The position numbers and the translations under genes are program-made. 64,000 nt of DNA, taken from IMG/VR virus record IMGVR_UViG_3300032246_002821, positions 1-64,000 of that record, one strand, 5' to 3'. Shown here one piece after another: positions 36,049-44,440 of this stretch. The notes beneath the pieces were generated by a model. The model ran no database searches, had not been told where the DNA came from, and saw only the letters and a program-made list of their open reading frames with translations. Positions within the stretch are counted from its first letter, which is position 1; each line of letters starts with the position of its first letter. This DNA comes from a virus.

Positions 36049-37611
36049 CTCAATACAAATAATGTCAGATCTTCCTCGCTGTCAAAAGCTATTATACCCT
36101 GCCCTATCCAGCTGACCCGCATACCCTGCTCTACCGACTGATCAAGGATCAGTCTCATCTCGTCAAGGAGGGCGTTGCGTTCAGGTTCCATAGCCTGCGT
36201 GAAGCTCTTGGGCGCAGGGTTACGACAGCGTATGCCGCGCAACCACAGTGGATTGCCGTCCACAGTCGCCCATCGTATACGACGAGTCACAACCACCTCA
36301 TTACAAACAGCGTGGCATCTTCCTTGTGCTTGAACATCAGTATAGGCATAGGGCTCATTGTTGCGTGATCTAATATATAGGCCCATTGTATCTGCATTAG
36401 TCGCAGCCATTGGGTCACATCTTCATCGCCGATATATAATAACTCTGAGAAAGTCTCTGGACAACGACGTCTCTGAGGCAACAGATGTCGTATGTCCACC
36501 GGTGTCCAACCGTCCCAATCATTCATGACCATCTCAGTATGAATCTCACGGCATCTTCTTCTGTGGCGAATACGATGTCGTTTCTAACGATGCGAGCATT
36601 GTATTCTTTATTCAATATCTCATTGCCATACAGATACTGATCGTCAGACTCCACGAAGTTTTTCCACACTTGTGCATAGTCGCGGGCATACGTTACCCCA
36701 TCTGGATTGATACCCCATTCTATGAAACAGATACGAACAGTCATGAATACCTCATTACGAATGACATATACGACATTTCATCGAAGAAGTCAAGATATAT
36801 CCTGTCACGGGGATATTCAGCTGAGTTATCAAATCCAAAGCGTCTGACACAGCCCAATTCTTTTTGCATACGCCAGCTGAGGAATATGCTGATGCCATGT
36901 TCAGCAATCAAGTCCTGCCTTATGGGTTGCCATTCCTGTTCTGTCATCTCTACCATGAGGAATTTGAACTTCAAATTTGCCACCTCAATGAATAAGCAGT
37001 CGCGGCTTCCTTGGACAACATAACAAACATTTTTACAACATATTCTTCGCAATTGATGTCCAGATAATTTTTTAGGAATATCTCATATTCCCAACCCTGA
37101 TCCTCTATCCAGCTGATGCGTTCCAGATTTTCTATCTTGTTCCATTCCTCGCGAAGATCTGTGAGAGGAGTGTCAGACTCACGTTTGATGATGAAACTAT
37201 CCAGCTGCAAAGCAGCATGAGTCTCAGGCACAGGTCCTGTCCTGTCCTGAGCATTCAGCAGATTTTGGAAATTGTTAGCCATCACCCACCTGCAAACGCC
37301 ATAGTGATCAGTGCAAGTTCTAGGTCGTCTCTTACATATATACGCATTTTGCCGTATTCGCTCTCCCAGCACCAGACGTTGGGCAAGTTTCTCCTCAGAT
37401 GTAATTCACAAGCTGGCCCCCATTGCTGCCAACACCAGACACGCATATCACTGAATAGCTCTGCTTTGGTGTTATTTGCTTGGGCAGTGAACTTGATGAA
37501 AGGCTCTACCATGAATTTGAAATTTTCGCAGCCGTTGTACCTGCGGTCTAGTTTAGTAACCTTGTAATTACCTATCTGCATACCATACTTCCTCGATGCT
37601 AAATCCACCAT
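36039..37611 (-). CDS. Array of six small paralog-like genes ending F-x-x-E-E/D-x-x-F-x-L/M-R-W
   Basis: ORFs 36039-36410, 36287-36532, 36523-36744, 36741-37052, 36971-37372 and 37282-37611 (several starts over-extended); C-termini listed in findings. Confidence 0.65.
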
Positions 37612-37960
37612 AATAGCCGTTGTGCTCGTTGTGGTTTACCAGTGTGATGAAACCTGAGTCAGTCTGGATTTCCAAGAACTGTGTGTCGTGTACATCATAA
37701 CCATTTTCGTCGCTCACATCAGGACCGTCCTTGACTTCGTAGCACATGAATCTGCTACCAATCAGCTGTCGCACATCATCGTCTGTGCTCATGTAACGAT
37801 TTTCGCAGCAGCACTGACCGTTGTCACGCAATGTCAACTTGCCAAAGTCAAACTTCAAGGTGATGCTGTCTTCATCTACCTCTGCATCACGGATGATCAT
37901 ACCTTTAAGCTGCATTTTCCAAAACCTGTCTGATATGTTTGCAGTCCCGGCGGAAGCCAT
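37568..37960 (-). CDS. Conserved hypothetical phage protein
   Basis: DNGQCCCENRY...HNEHNGYYGGF. Confidence 0.65.
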   Translation of the reverse strand: MASAGTANISDRFWKMQLKGMIIRDAEVDEDSITLKFDFGKLTLRDNGQCCCENRYMSTDDDVRQLIGSRFMCYEVKDGPDVSDENGYDVHDTQFLEIQTDSGFITLVNHNEHNGYYGGFSIEEVWYADR

Positions 37961-38270
37961 AACCTGGGCAAGTGCAGGAGCGTTGTTTGCCGTCTATGGT
38001 CACACTGTAGGTGCTGCCTTTGCTGCCTGTGACGATGTGTACACGCTGGCTCACGGCAATGGGTGGCACGGTGTAATCTTCACTGCACTCTTCGATCCAT
38101 TCCGCTGGAATGATGTGCAGGCCCTTGTGGTCCACAATGCACACTGCACCAGGCTCAGCCCACTTGGGAGCAGGCACACGCTCTCCGCGGTACTCATGAA
38201 ACTCACGCACCACCCCACGAGCATATAGATGACGCTTGGGCCACTTGGGATCACGAACCTTGACGTACAT
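37905..38270 (-). CDS. SWIM zinc-finger protein
   Basis: VTGSKGSTYSV...SCTCPGYGFRRDCKHI; AAGGAG SD before ATG 38270. Confidence 0.8.
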   Translation of the reverse strand: MYVKVRDPKWPKRHLYARGVVREFHEYRGERVPAPKWAEPGAVCIVDHKGLHIIPAEWIEECSEDYTVPPIAVSQRVHIVTGSKGSTYSVTIDGKQRSCTCPGYGFRRDCKHIRQVLENAA

Positions 38271-38391
38271 CTGTATGCTCCTTGTTAACTCGTTTGCGGT
38301 TGTAGCTGCCAGCACCCTTGCGAGCAACGACGATGCGCTGGCGATACTTGCGATCCGCCAATGCTTTTGCCTGTATGCTACGCTGTTTCAT
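38251..38391 (-). CDS. arfA: ArfA-like alternative ribosome-rescue factor (46 aa)
   Basis: Not in the ORF track. GGAG SD; MKQRSIQAKALADRKYRQRIVVARKGAGSYNRKRVNKEHTDVRQGS* matches the ArfA signature AL-x-D-x-x-F/Y-RQR...KG-x-GSY-x-RK. Confidence 0.72.
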   Translation of the reverse strand: MKQRSIQAKALADRKYRQRIVVARKGAGSYNRKRVNKEHTDVRQGS

Positions 38392-38417
38392 CACTCGCTC
38401 CTGGGCTCTATATATTC

Positions 38418-38445
38418 AATATAGCACACAAAGACCATCTGTCAA
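38418..38445 (-). promoter_or_regulatory. Sigma70-type early promoter (arfA-like gene)
   Basis: TTGACA-N16-TATATT with TGC before the -10. Confidence 0.75.
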
Positions 38446-38460
38446 CCACAAAAAGAAAGA

Positions 38461-38486
38461 TCTCCCGCAGATCAATCTGCGGGAGA
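38461..38486. terminator. Intrinsic terminator
   Basis: TCTCCCGCAGA-TCAA-TCTGCGGGAGA, followed on the minus strand by a T-rich run. Confidence 0.75.
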
Positions 38487-38505
38487 CCACAATCATCAAG
38501 CTGTA

Positions 38506-38784
38506 TCAAGCAGCCTGTTCGACCTTCTGGGCAACTGCTTCAGCAGTGACCTGGGCCCGGGTATTCTGCGACAAGAACTTCTCGCGCATCGTGGCCTGCT
38601 TGGTTGCATTACCGATGTAAACTGCGGCATCTTGCTTGGTCATTGGCTGCGGCAACACCTGGATGTCGATGTCAGTCTTGCCTTCACGAGCCAAGATCTT
38701 GGCATAATCGGCGCGGTTGGTGGCGCGGAAAACAACAGAACCATCGGTTTCACGAGCAGTACCAGCGTATGTAAAAGTCTTCAT
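38506..38784 (-). CDS. Small early hypothetical protein
   Basis: MKTFTYAGTAR...FRATNRADYAKILAREGKTDI; own promoter at 38838-38865. Confidence 0.7.
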   Translation of the reverse strand: MKTFTYAGTARETDGSVVFRATNRADYAKILAREGKTDIDIQVLPQPMTKQDAAVYIGNATKQATMREKFLSQNTRAQVTAEAVAQKVEQAA

Positions 38785-38837
38785 TGTAGATCTCCGTAGA
38801 GTTGAGGGTTAAAAGTTCAAGTCCAAATTACATTATC

Positions 38838-38865
38838 ATATTAACACGGTCTAAGACCGTGTCAA
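38838..38865 (-). promoter_or_regulatory. Sigma70-type early promoter with a palindromic spacer
   Basis: TTGACA-N16-TAATAT; ACACGGTC-TAA-GACCGTGT at 38844-38862. Confidence 0.75.
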
Positions 38866-38874
38866 CACTTTTTT

Positions 38875-39252
38875 TCAGTCCAAACGGCTGGCGGCATAAG
38901 CCTTGAAGCCGTATTTCTTCAGCACTGCGGCAGCAGCCACAGCACCAGCTTCCTTGCAGTCGATGCTCTGTCCGGGCCACTTGGCTGGGTCCCAGATCTG
39001 ATAAGCAGGACCACCAAAGCCAGGCCTAAAACCCATCTCCTTGAGCTGGGCCCGTTCAGCCTTGCCCAATTTGGTATTGCCCTTGTTTGCTGGGTAAACT
39101 TCCACCCAGGCAAAGCCACATGCACCACCATCACGACCTTCATAACGCTCGTCTGCCCGTTGTTTGGCAGCGTATTGAGCGGCAATGGTCATTTCAGTAA
39201 CAACAGCTTGCGTATTCAACATGTGCATCTCCATCATCAACTTATAACTCAA
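38875..39252 (-). CDS. Conserved early hypothetical protein
   Basis: GGACGFAWVEV...QSIDCKEAGAVAAAAVLKKYGFKAYAASRLD; promoter at 39251-39278. Confidence 0.7.
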   Translation of the reverse strand: MSYKLMMEMHMLNTQAVVTEMTIAAQYAAKQRADERYEGRDGGACGFAWVEVYPANKGNTKLGKAERAQLKEMGFRPGFGGPAYQIWDPAKWPGQSIDCKEAGAVAAAAVLKKYGFKAYAASRLD

Positions 39253-39274
39253 TATAACACGGCTTTATCAGGTG

Positions 39275-39409
39275 TCAACCATTAATTTGCTGAACGGTGC
39301 ATTTATTTCCAGTAACTTCTTCGTAGAACATCACTTCTTCCATCAGGTTACCCAGATCAGCGTTGCGGCAAATTTCACGACCATTGTGGTTGTATGCTAC
39401 CCAAATCAT
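39275..39409 (-). CDS. Small early hypothetical protein (44 aa)
   Basis: AAGGAG SD; MIWVAYNHNGREICRNADL...; promoter TTGACA-N16-TATATT at 39440-39467. Confidence 0.6.
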   Translation of the reverse strand: MIWVAYNHNGREICRNADLGNLMEEVMFYEEVTGNKCTVQQING

Positions 39410-39547
39410 AGTGTGCTCCTTTGCTTCAACTTATACCCCAATATAGCACGTGATCTGATGGTGTCAACCACTATTTTCCAGAAAAATTCTCCAATGATTT
39501 CAAGGCAGAAAAATCCCCTGTATCAGTTAAAATACAGGGGAAATTTA

Positions 39548-42500
39548 TCAGAAGCGCCAGTCTAGACCTATCATACCAGTTGTGTTGGTATAGTGGTTGC
39601 CTCTTGCATAACTGATGCTGGCATTCACGCTGATGTCATCAGTCAGCTTCTCCTTGACAGTGGCTTTGATACTCTTGACATTACCAAAGTCCTTGGTCTG
39701 TGTGCTACGAGCTTCAACAGCAACATTGTCGTTGAACTCATATCTCAAACCTACATAGGGATTGGCTTGGATAGTGGTCTTGGCTGCTGGTGCAGTTGCT
39801 AACAGAGCATTACTGTCCCAGGCATTTGACACACTGCTGCGGACAACTGTTACACCAGCCAGTGGACGGAATCCCCACAGTGTATCAGCTGCATAAACAG
39901 TTAGATCACCATAAGTGTTGGTCTGTGCTGCTTTGCTTACACCACCGAAACCTATGTCTTGTAGACTGGTCTGTGTGGTGTAAACACCCTTGCTCATGCC
40001 CAATGTGCCTTTGATCCAAACATAGTCTTGCTTGGATAGAAGATAGATAGCACCAGCATAGGTGTCGCCGCTTGTGCGAGTGTTGACAAATCCAGCACTC
40101 TCACTGTTGCTAGCACGGAAAGCAAAACCAGTAGTGTTGTTCTCCGCAGTCTGTTGCCAGCCACCTGAAAAATTCTTGCTGTTCATGCGACCAGTTGTAG
40201 TAGTACGATCAAAGCTGGGAGTGATCCAAGCACCGTCTTTTGTGCTGAGAGCATCAACGATGAACGGATTGGTTCTGTTGGCTTTCATCACATCTGACAT
40301 AGCACCCACATTGGCTGTACGTGTAGTAACATATGGATTAGCCACTACCTGTGTACCAGTCACAGTGTTGGTTGATACTTGGTTACTGATAGTAGTCGTG
40401 CTAGCCACACTATTACTTGTACTAGTTGACTGTGTAGTTGAACCATTGCTAGTGACAGTTGACCCATCGCTGTAGGTTGTTACAGTAGTAGGGGTAGTAT
40501 CAGTTACAGTTGTCACTGGAGTAGTATTTGTAACAACGGTAGTTATTGGAGTAGTTGTAGTGATCACTGTGCTGAACGGTGTGCTGGTTGTTATAGTAAC
40601 AGTTCTAGTTACTACTAGATTGCTGCCCTGTCGCTGTCCAGCAAATGCTGATCCTGTAGTGATGGTTGGTGTCCCAGTTGTGATATTAGCAACCTGCACA
40701 GGAGTACCTGGTGTGCTGGTAGTGGTTGTAACTGTTGTACCATTTGTTGATGTTGTTGTTACAACTGGATTACCTGGAGCAGTTCCTGTTATATAAACAC
40801 TTGGTCTCCATTCGACACTTACTAGATTATTGTTCTGTGTAAGTGTCCAGTTCACACCAGCTACTGTACCGCTTGTTGTGACAAACGCACCAGTGATACT
40901 GCCGCTGGCATTGATCACATTCACATAAGGACTGTTCAGTACTACATTAGTCGATGTGTTACCCACTATCTGTGGAGTATATGTGGCATTTGTTCCCAAT
41001 GTCAACATACCATTTACAGTCAATTGACCATAAGCAACACCATTGAACCAAGTAGTGATATTGCCATTGCTGGTCATATCACCGTTTACCACAGTGTTAG
41101 CACCCGCACCAATCGCAAGTGTTCCATTGTTAGTAACAGTTACGGCATTGATACCAACGCCCAGGTTGTCAGTTAATGTGCTGCCTGTGTTGATGTTCAC
41201 TGCCGATAATGGTTGGAAAGTAAACGCTCTTGGGAAGTTGCCATATGTGCCTGAGGGTGCACCTGTGTTAGCAGGATCGCCTAAGTTGCCAGCAAGTGTA
41301 GTTGTTGCTGTGGTAGCATTAGTTCCAATGTTTACCACTGCGGTGCTGTCAGTTGTGCGAACTGCACCAGCAACTGAACCAGTTCCTAGTTGATTAAGCA
41401 CACCATTAGTTGATAACTGGACATCACCAGTGATAGTTCCGGCATTGTTGATAATCGCTCCAGTGTTTGTACCTAGATTGATTATGGCTATACCGCTGTT
41501 GCCAGTGATAGTGCCTGTAGCATTATTGTTGATAGTGCTGCCTGCTGTGGTGTTGATAAAGTCTACACCAACATCGCCAGTGATGCTGCCATTGTTATTA
41601 ATCGTAGCATTATTGCCCATAAGTACTGCTGGCATACTATTAGTGCCAGTTGGTGTGCTAGTGATGCTACCGTCGTTGTTTAGTACTGTATTACCATATC
41701 CCATCATAACAACACCGTCGCCATTAGTAACTGCGATAGTACCAGTTGCTGTGTTATTAACTGTCGCTGTGCCTGTGCTGCCGGTGCCATTGAAACTAGT
41801 TACGATGCCGTGTGCTGAATAGCCATTGCCCAGCAGTGTGTTACCGCTAGTGTTAGCAGTGATATCGCCGCTGTTTGTCACTGTGATGTTGCTAGTAGTA
41901 TTAGTACCCTGCTGAGCATTGATGCCAGTGCCGTTGTCTGTAGTGATAGTTCCAGCATTAGTGATAGTGGTTGTGCCAGCATTTGTACTATTGATACCAT
42001 TGCTGTTAGCACCTGTGACGTTAATCGTACCGTTGTTTGTGATGGTACCATCTGTAGGCTGTCCTAATGTAAAGGTAGTAGTTGTACCTGTGGGATTAGT
42101 GCTGGTTGTAGCAGCAGGAGCACCGTTGGGATTGTTTGTGCTCATTGTGCTGTTATAACCACCAGCAGTTCCGCTAGTTGTACCACCAGTTGCACTTGGT
42201 CCGCCACCGTTCTGGTTGGCTACCAGACCTACTGTGCTCTGTCCTGGTGTACCGCTGCTGTTGACGATACAGGCATTGCTACCGCCCCAAGCACCCTGAC
42301 AAGCACCAAAGCCTGGGCTGCTTGTCCAACCCTGTGCCGTGATGCCATTGTAAGGACCAAACTCTGGATTGTACAGCCTGTTGTTGCCAGCACCGTTCAC
42401 TGTCAGTGTGGGCGCACGATACCAAGGACCGTAATCTCCTGCCCAATATGAACCGTCGATACCATACATGCTGACCTTGGCATAGGCCACCGTCGCTGCC

Positions 42501-42901
42501 TGTGCTTGAGTCAATGTCTTGCTGATGGCCAGTGTGGTCCAGGGCACAGCGGGATCGATCTGCGGATTGCCGCCCAGTGCATTAGGGTTAGGCAAGTTGT
42601 TGCTGAAGCTGGTGTTAGCACTGGTAACCAGTGCATTACCACTGGTGAAGAACTCGATCTTTACGTTAGCAGTGTCTGATTGTCCTGCACGGCCGCCACC
42701 GTTATGTGCCAGGACACTAAAGTCGAAAGTACCACCCTGTTGCATAGTGCTGTCGAACACCACGAACTGGCTGATGGTAGTAGTCACATAAGCTGTGGCT
42801 ATACTGTTGTAAACTTGCTGTGCTGATGCTTCTCCGGCTACAAATAAGCCAGCAATCAAAGCACAGGCTTTGATTAGATTCTTAATCACAATTCTCTCCA
42901 A
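39548..42901 (-). CDS. Autotransporter-like outer-membrane adhesin
   Basis: Signal peptide (ASA/QQ; likely GTG 42889), Gly/Asn/Thr beta-helix passenger, Thr-rich stalk, amphipathic C-terminal barrel ending GLDWRF. Confidence 0.75.
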   Translation of the reverse strand: MERIVIKNLIKACALIAGLFVAGEASAQQVYNSIATAYVTTTISQFVVFDSTMQQGGTFDFSVLAHNGGGRAGQSDTANVKIEFFTSGNALVTSANTSFSNNLPNPNALGGNPQIDPAVPWTTLAISKTLTQAQAATVAYAKVSMYGIDGSYWAGDYGPWYRAPTLTVNGAGNNRLYNPEFGPYNGITAQGWTSSPGFGACQGAWGGSNACIVNSSGTPGQSTVGLVANQNGGGPSATGGTTSGTAGGYNSTMSTNNPNGAPAATTSTNPTGTTTTFTLGQPTDGTITNNGTINVTGANSNGINSTNAGTTTITNAGTITTDNGTGINAQQGTNTTSNITVTNSGDITANTSGNTLLGNGYSAHGIVTSFNGTGSTGTATVNNTATGTIAVTNGDGVVMMGYGNTVLNNDGSITSTPTGTNSMPAVLMGNNATINNNGSITGDVGVDFINTTAGSTINNNATGTITGNSGIAIINLGTNTGAIINNAGTITGDVQLSTNGVLNQLGTGSVAGAVRTTDSTAVVNIGTNATTATTTLAGNLGDPANTGAPSGTYGNFPRAFTFQPLSAVNINTGSTLTDNLGVGINAVTVTNNGTLAIGAGANTVVNGDMTSNGNITTWFNGVAYGQLTVNGMLTLGTNATYTPQIVGNTSTNVVLNSPYVNVINASGSITGAFVTTSGTVAGVNWTLTQNNNLVSVEWRPSVYITGTAPGNPVVTTTSTNGTTVTTTTSTPGTPVQVANITTGTPTITTGSAFAGQRQGSNLVVTRTVTITTSTPFSTVITTTTPITTVVTNTTPVTTVTDTTPTTVTTYSDGSTVTSNGSTTQSTSTSNSVASTTTISNQVSTNTVTGTQVVANPYVTTRTANVGAMSDVMKANRTNPFIVDALSTKDGAWITPSFDRTTTTGRMNSKNFSGGWQQTAENNTTGFAFRASNSESAGFVNTRTSGDTYAGAIYLLSKQDYVWIKGTLGMSKGVYTTQTSLQDIGFGGVSKAAQTNTYGDLTVYAADTLWGFRPLAGVTVVRSSVSNAWDSNALLATAPAAKTTIQANPYVGLRYEFNDNVAVEARSTQTKDFGNVKSIKATVKEKLTDDISVNASISYARGNHYTNTTGMIGLDWRF

Positions 42902-43005
42902 AATAATTGATTTTGTCGAGTTTTTCTTTTACTTTAGATTGAATCGTTGATTAAAAATGAATGTTGTTGAGTGCCTGACATATTTATCAGGCACCGCAAC
43001 ATCTT

Positions 43006-43395
43006 TTATGCTACTTTAAGGTCTGAACCCACTTCAGCGTAGCTTTTACGGGCTTTCTTGCCTGCTACCTCAATCTTGTCTGACTCGATCTTGTGATTGA
43101 GTTCGTCGATTCTGCTAAGACTGTTTTCCACTTTAGCATCAGCTTCTGCAACTGCCAACTTTTGTTCAGCGATCTTTAGATCACGACGACGAAGTTCCAC
43201 GTCATATACAGCACGTTCCAGATTGCGGCTGTGTTCTATATCTTCCATGCTAACTGGCAGATCACTGACCATGTCGTTACGCATTTCCTTTTTAATATAC
43301 CAGGCATAAATCTTTAGTATAAAGTACCAGACAGTGCTGGTGGCAATGACAGCTAGTGTAAAACTTGCGCCGTCTATTTTATTGATGATATCCAT
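43006..43395 (-). CDS. Membrane-anchored coiled-coil protein
   Basis: N-terminal TM followed by a coiled coil. Confidence 0.6.
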   Translation of the reverse strand: MDIINKIDGASFTLAVIATSTVWYFILKIYAWYIKKEMRNDMVSDLPVSMEDIEHSRNLERAVYDVELRRRDLKIAEQKLAVAEADAKVENSLSRIDELNHKIESDKIEVAGKKARKSYAEVGSDLKVA

Positions 43396-43431
43396 ATTTG
43401 ATCTCCACTTGGATCAATTATATAGCTGTGA

Positions 43432-43896
43432 TTATATGCGCCTATAAAAATAATGGCCGCCTATCTGCGCCGTTTTTACCAGTCTGGGATCGCGAAACGG
43501 ACGATTGTTGAAAAATTCAGCACTGTTGCTGACATCAGTATGAAAGCCCAGCATAACTAGTTCTGCACTGGCCAAACTGCGCTCATATTGCTCTTGGCGT
43601 GTGATTATCAGGGTTTTATCGCAGGCGAATGTGAATTGACAACGGCCCTGCCAGCGTTGGTACACAACATTGCAGATGGTATTGCCATAACGACCGCTGT
43701 TAACCCTGTTCATAATAACTTTGCCCACAGCAATGCGGCCAATATCCGATTCATTACCTGCTTCAAAATATATGGCTGTGGCCATACATTGCAGTTGTTT
43801 TGCATCGGGTTTGGGCGCGGTCCAACTAAACCATTCTGCCTGTGCTGTGTTTAAGCCGATGATTAAGGTTATCACAGCAATGTAAAATCTAATCAT
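43432..43896 (-). CDS. SleB-like cell wall hydrolase
   Basis: AIYFEAGNE, AVGKVIMNRV, ICNVVYQ, CQFTF, IGGHYFY; AAGGAGG SD before ATG 43896. Confidence 0.88.
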   Translation of the reverse strand: MIRFYIAVITLIIGLNTAQAEWFSWTAPKPDAKQLQCMATAIYFEAGNESDIGRIAVGKVIMNRVNSGRYGNTICNVVYQRWQGRCQFTFACDKTLIITRQEQYERSLASAELVMLGFHTDVSNSAEFFNNRPFRDPRLVKTAQIGGHYFYRRI

Positions 43897-44029
43897 ATTA
43901 CCTCCTTTGGTATTCCGCAGACAGTTGTCCTGGGAATATATAGGGTCAGCGATTAATGGAAAATCTAGCAAGTTAGGCGCACAAGGCCGAGTGTGCTGAC
44001 ACTGTTGTTCAGACTGTTGTGTCACGAGG

Positions 44030-44410
44030 CTGTCTGATGTAGCCCTACCTGGTAGACCAGGAATTGTTTTAACTGCGTATCAGCCGCTTACGCAAGCTGG
44101 TTGTACTGGTATTTAGTGGCCCGTTCTGTTGCCGGGTGGAGCCATACCCCTGGTGGTTACGCTGCTAGAGCGAACTCCTGAGTAGCAAAGTTATCGTTTG
44201 CATTTGTCATTTTGCTTTCTGTCTCAGCTGGTCTTTATCACACCTGTCGATCCTATTTCGCCCCCATCAAAGATACACTGACTCGAAACAGTGCCGGCCA
44301 GTCACCTATCAGTTAGTGGTGTGCTATCCAGTGTATCTATGGTGGAGGCGCCGGAGTACTGCCCTCCGGGTCCAGTGAGTTTATTCCACTTCGCCTCAAC
44401 GACATAAGCA
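44030..44410 (-). ncRNA. ssrA: Circularly permuted (two-piece) tmRNA, tag ANDNFATQEFALAA
   Basis: Acceptor piece ends CCGGAG-GGCAGTA-CTCCGG-CGCCTCC-ACCA at 44340; intervening hairpin 44266-44339; coding piece starts GGGGGCGAAATAGGATCGAC at 44265 (G3-U70 pair); tag at 44201-44157. Outer ends approximate. Confidence 0.93.
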
Positions 44411-44440
44411 TATTATTTATAGCATTAAATGTGTAGTATG

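Noticed and set aside
38271-38327. Upstream extension of the SWIM ORF to 38327
   Set aside because: It overlaps the ArfA-like ORF in another frame; AAGGAG precedes ATG 38270.
43897-44025. N-terminal extension of the SleB-like ORF from 44025
   Set aside because: A strong AAGGAGG SD and signal peptide support ATG 43896.
44340-44400. Second tRNA (Ala-like) gene
   Set aside because: It has only the T-arm and 3' acceptor strand; it is the tmRNA acceptor piece.
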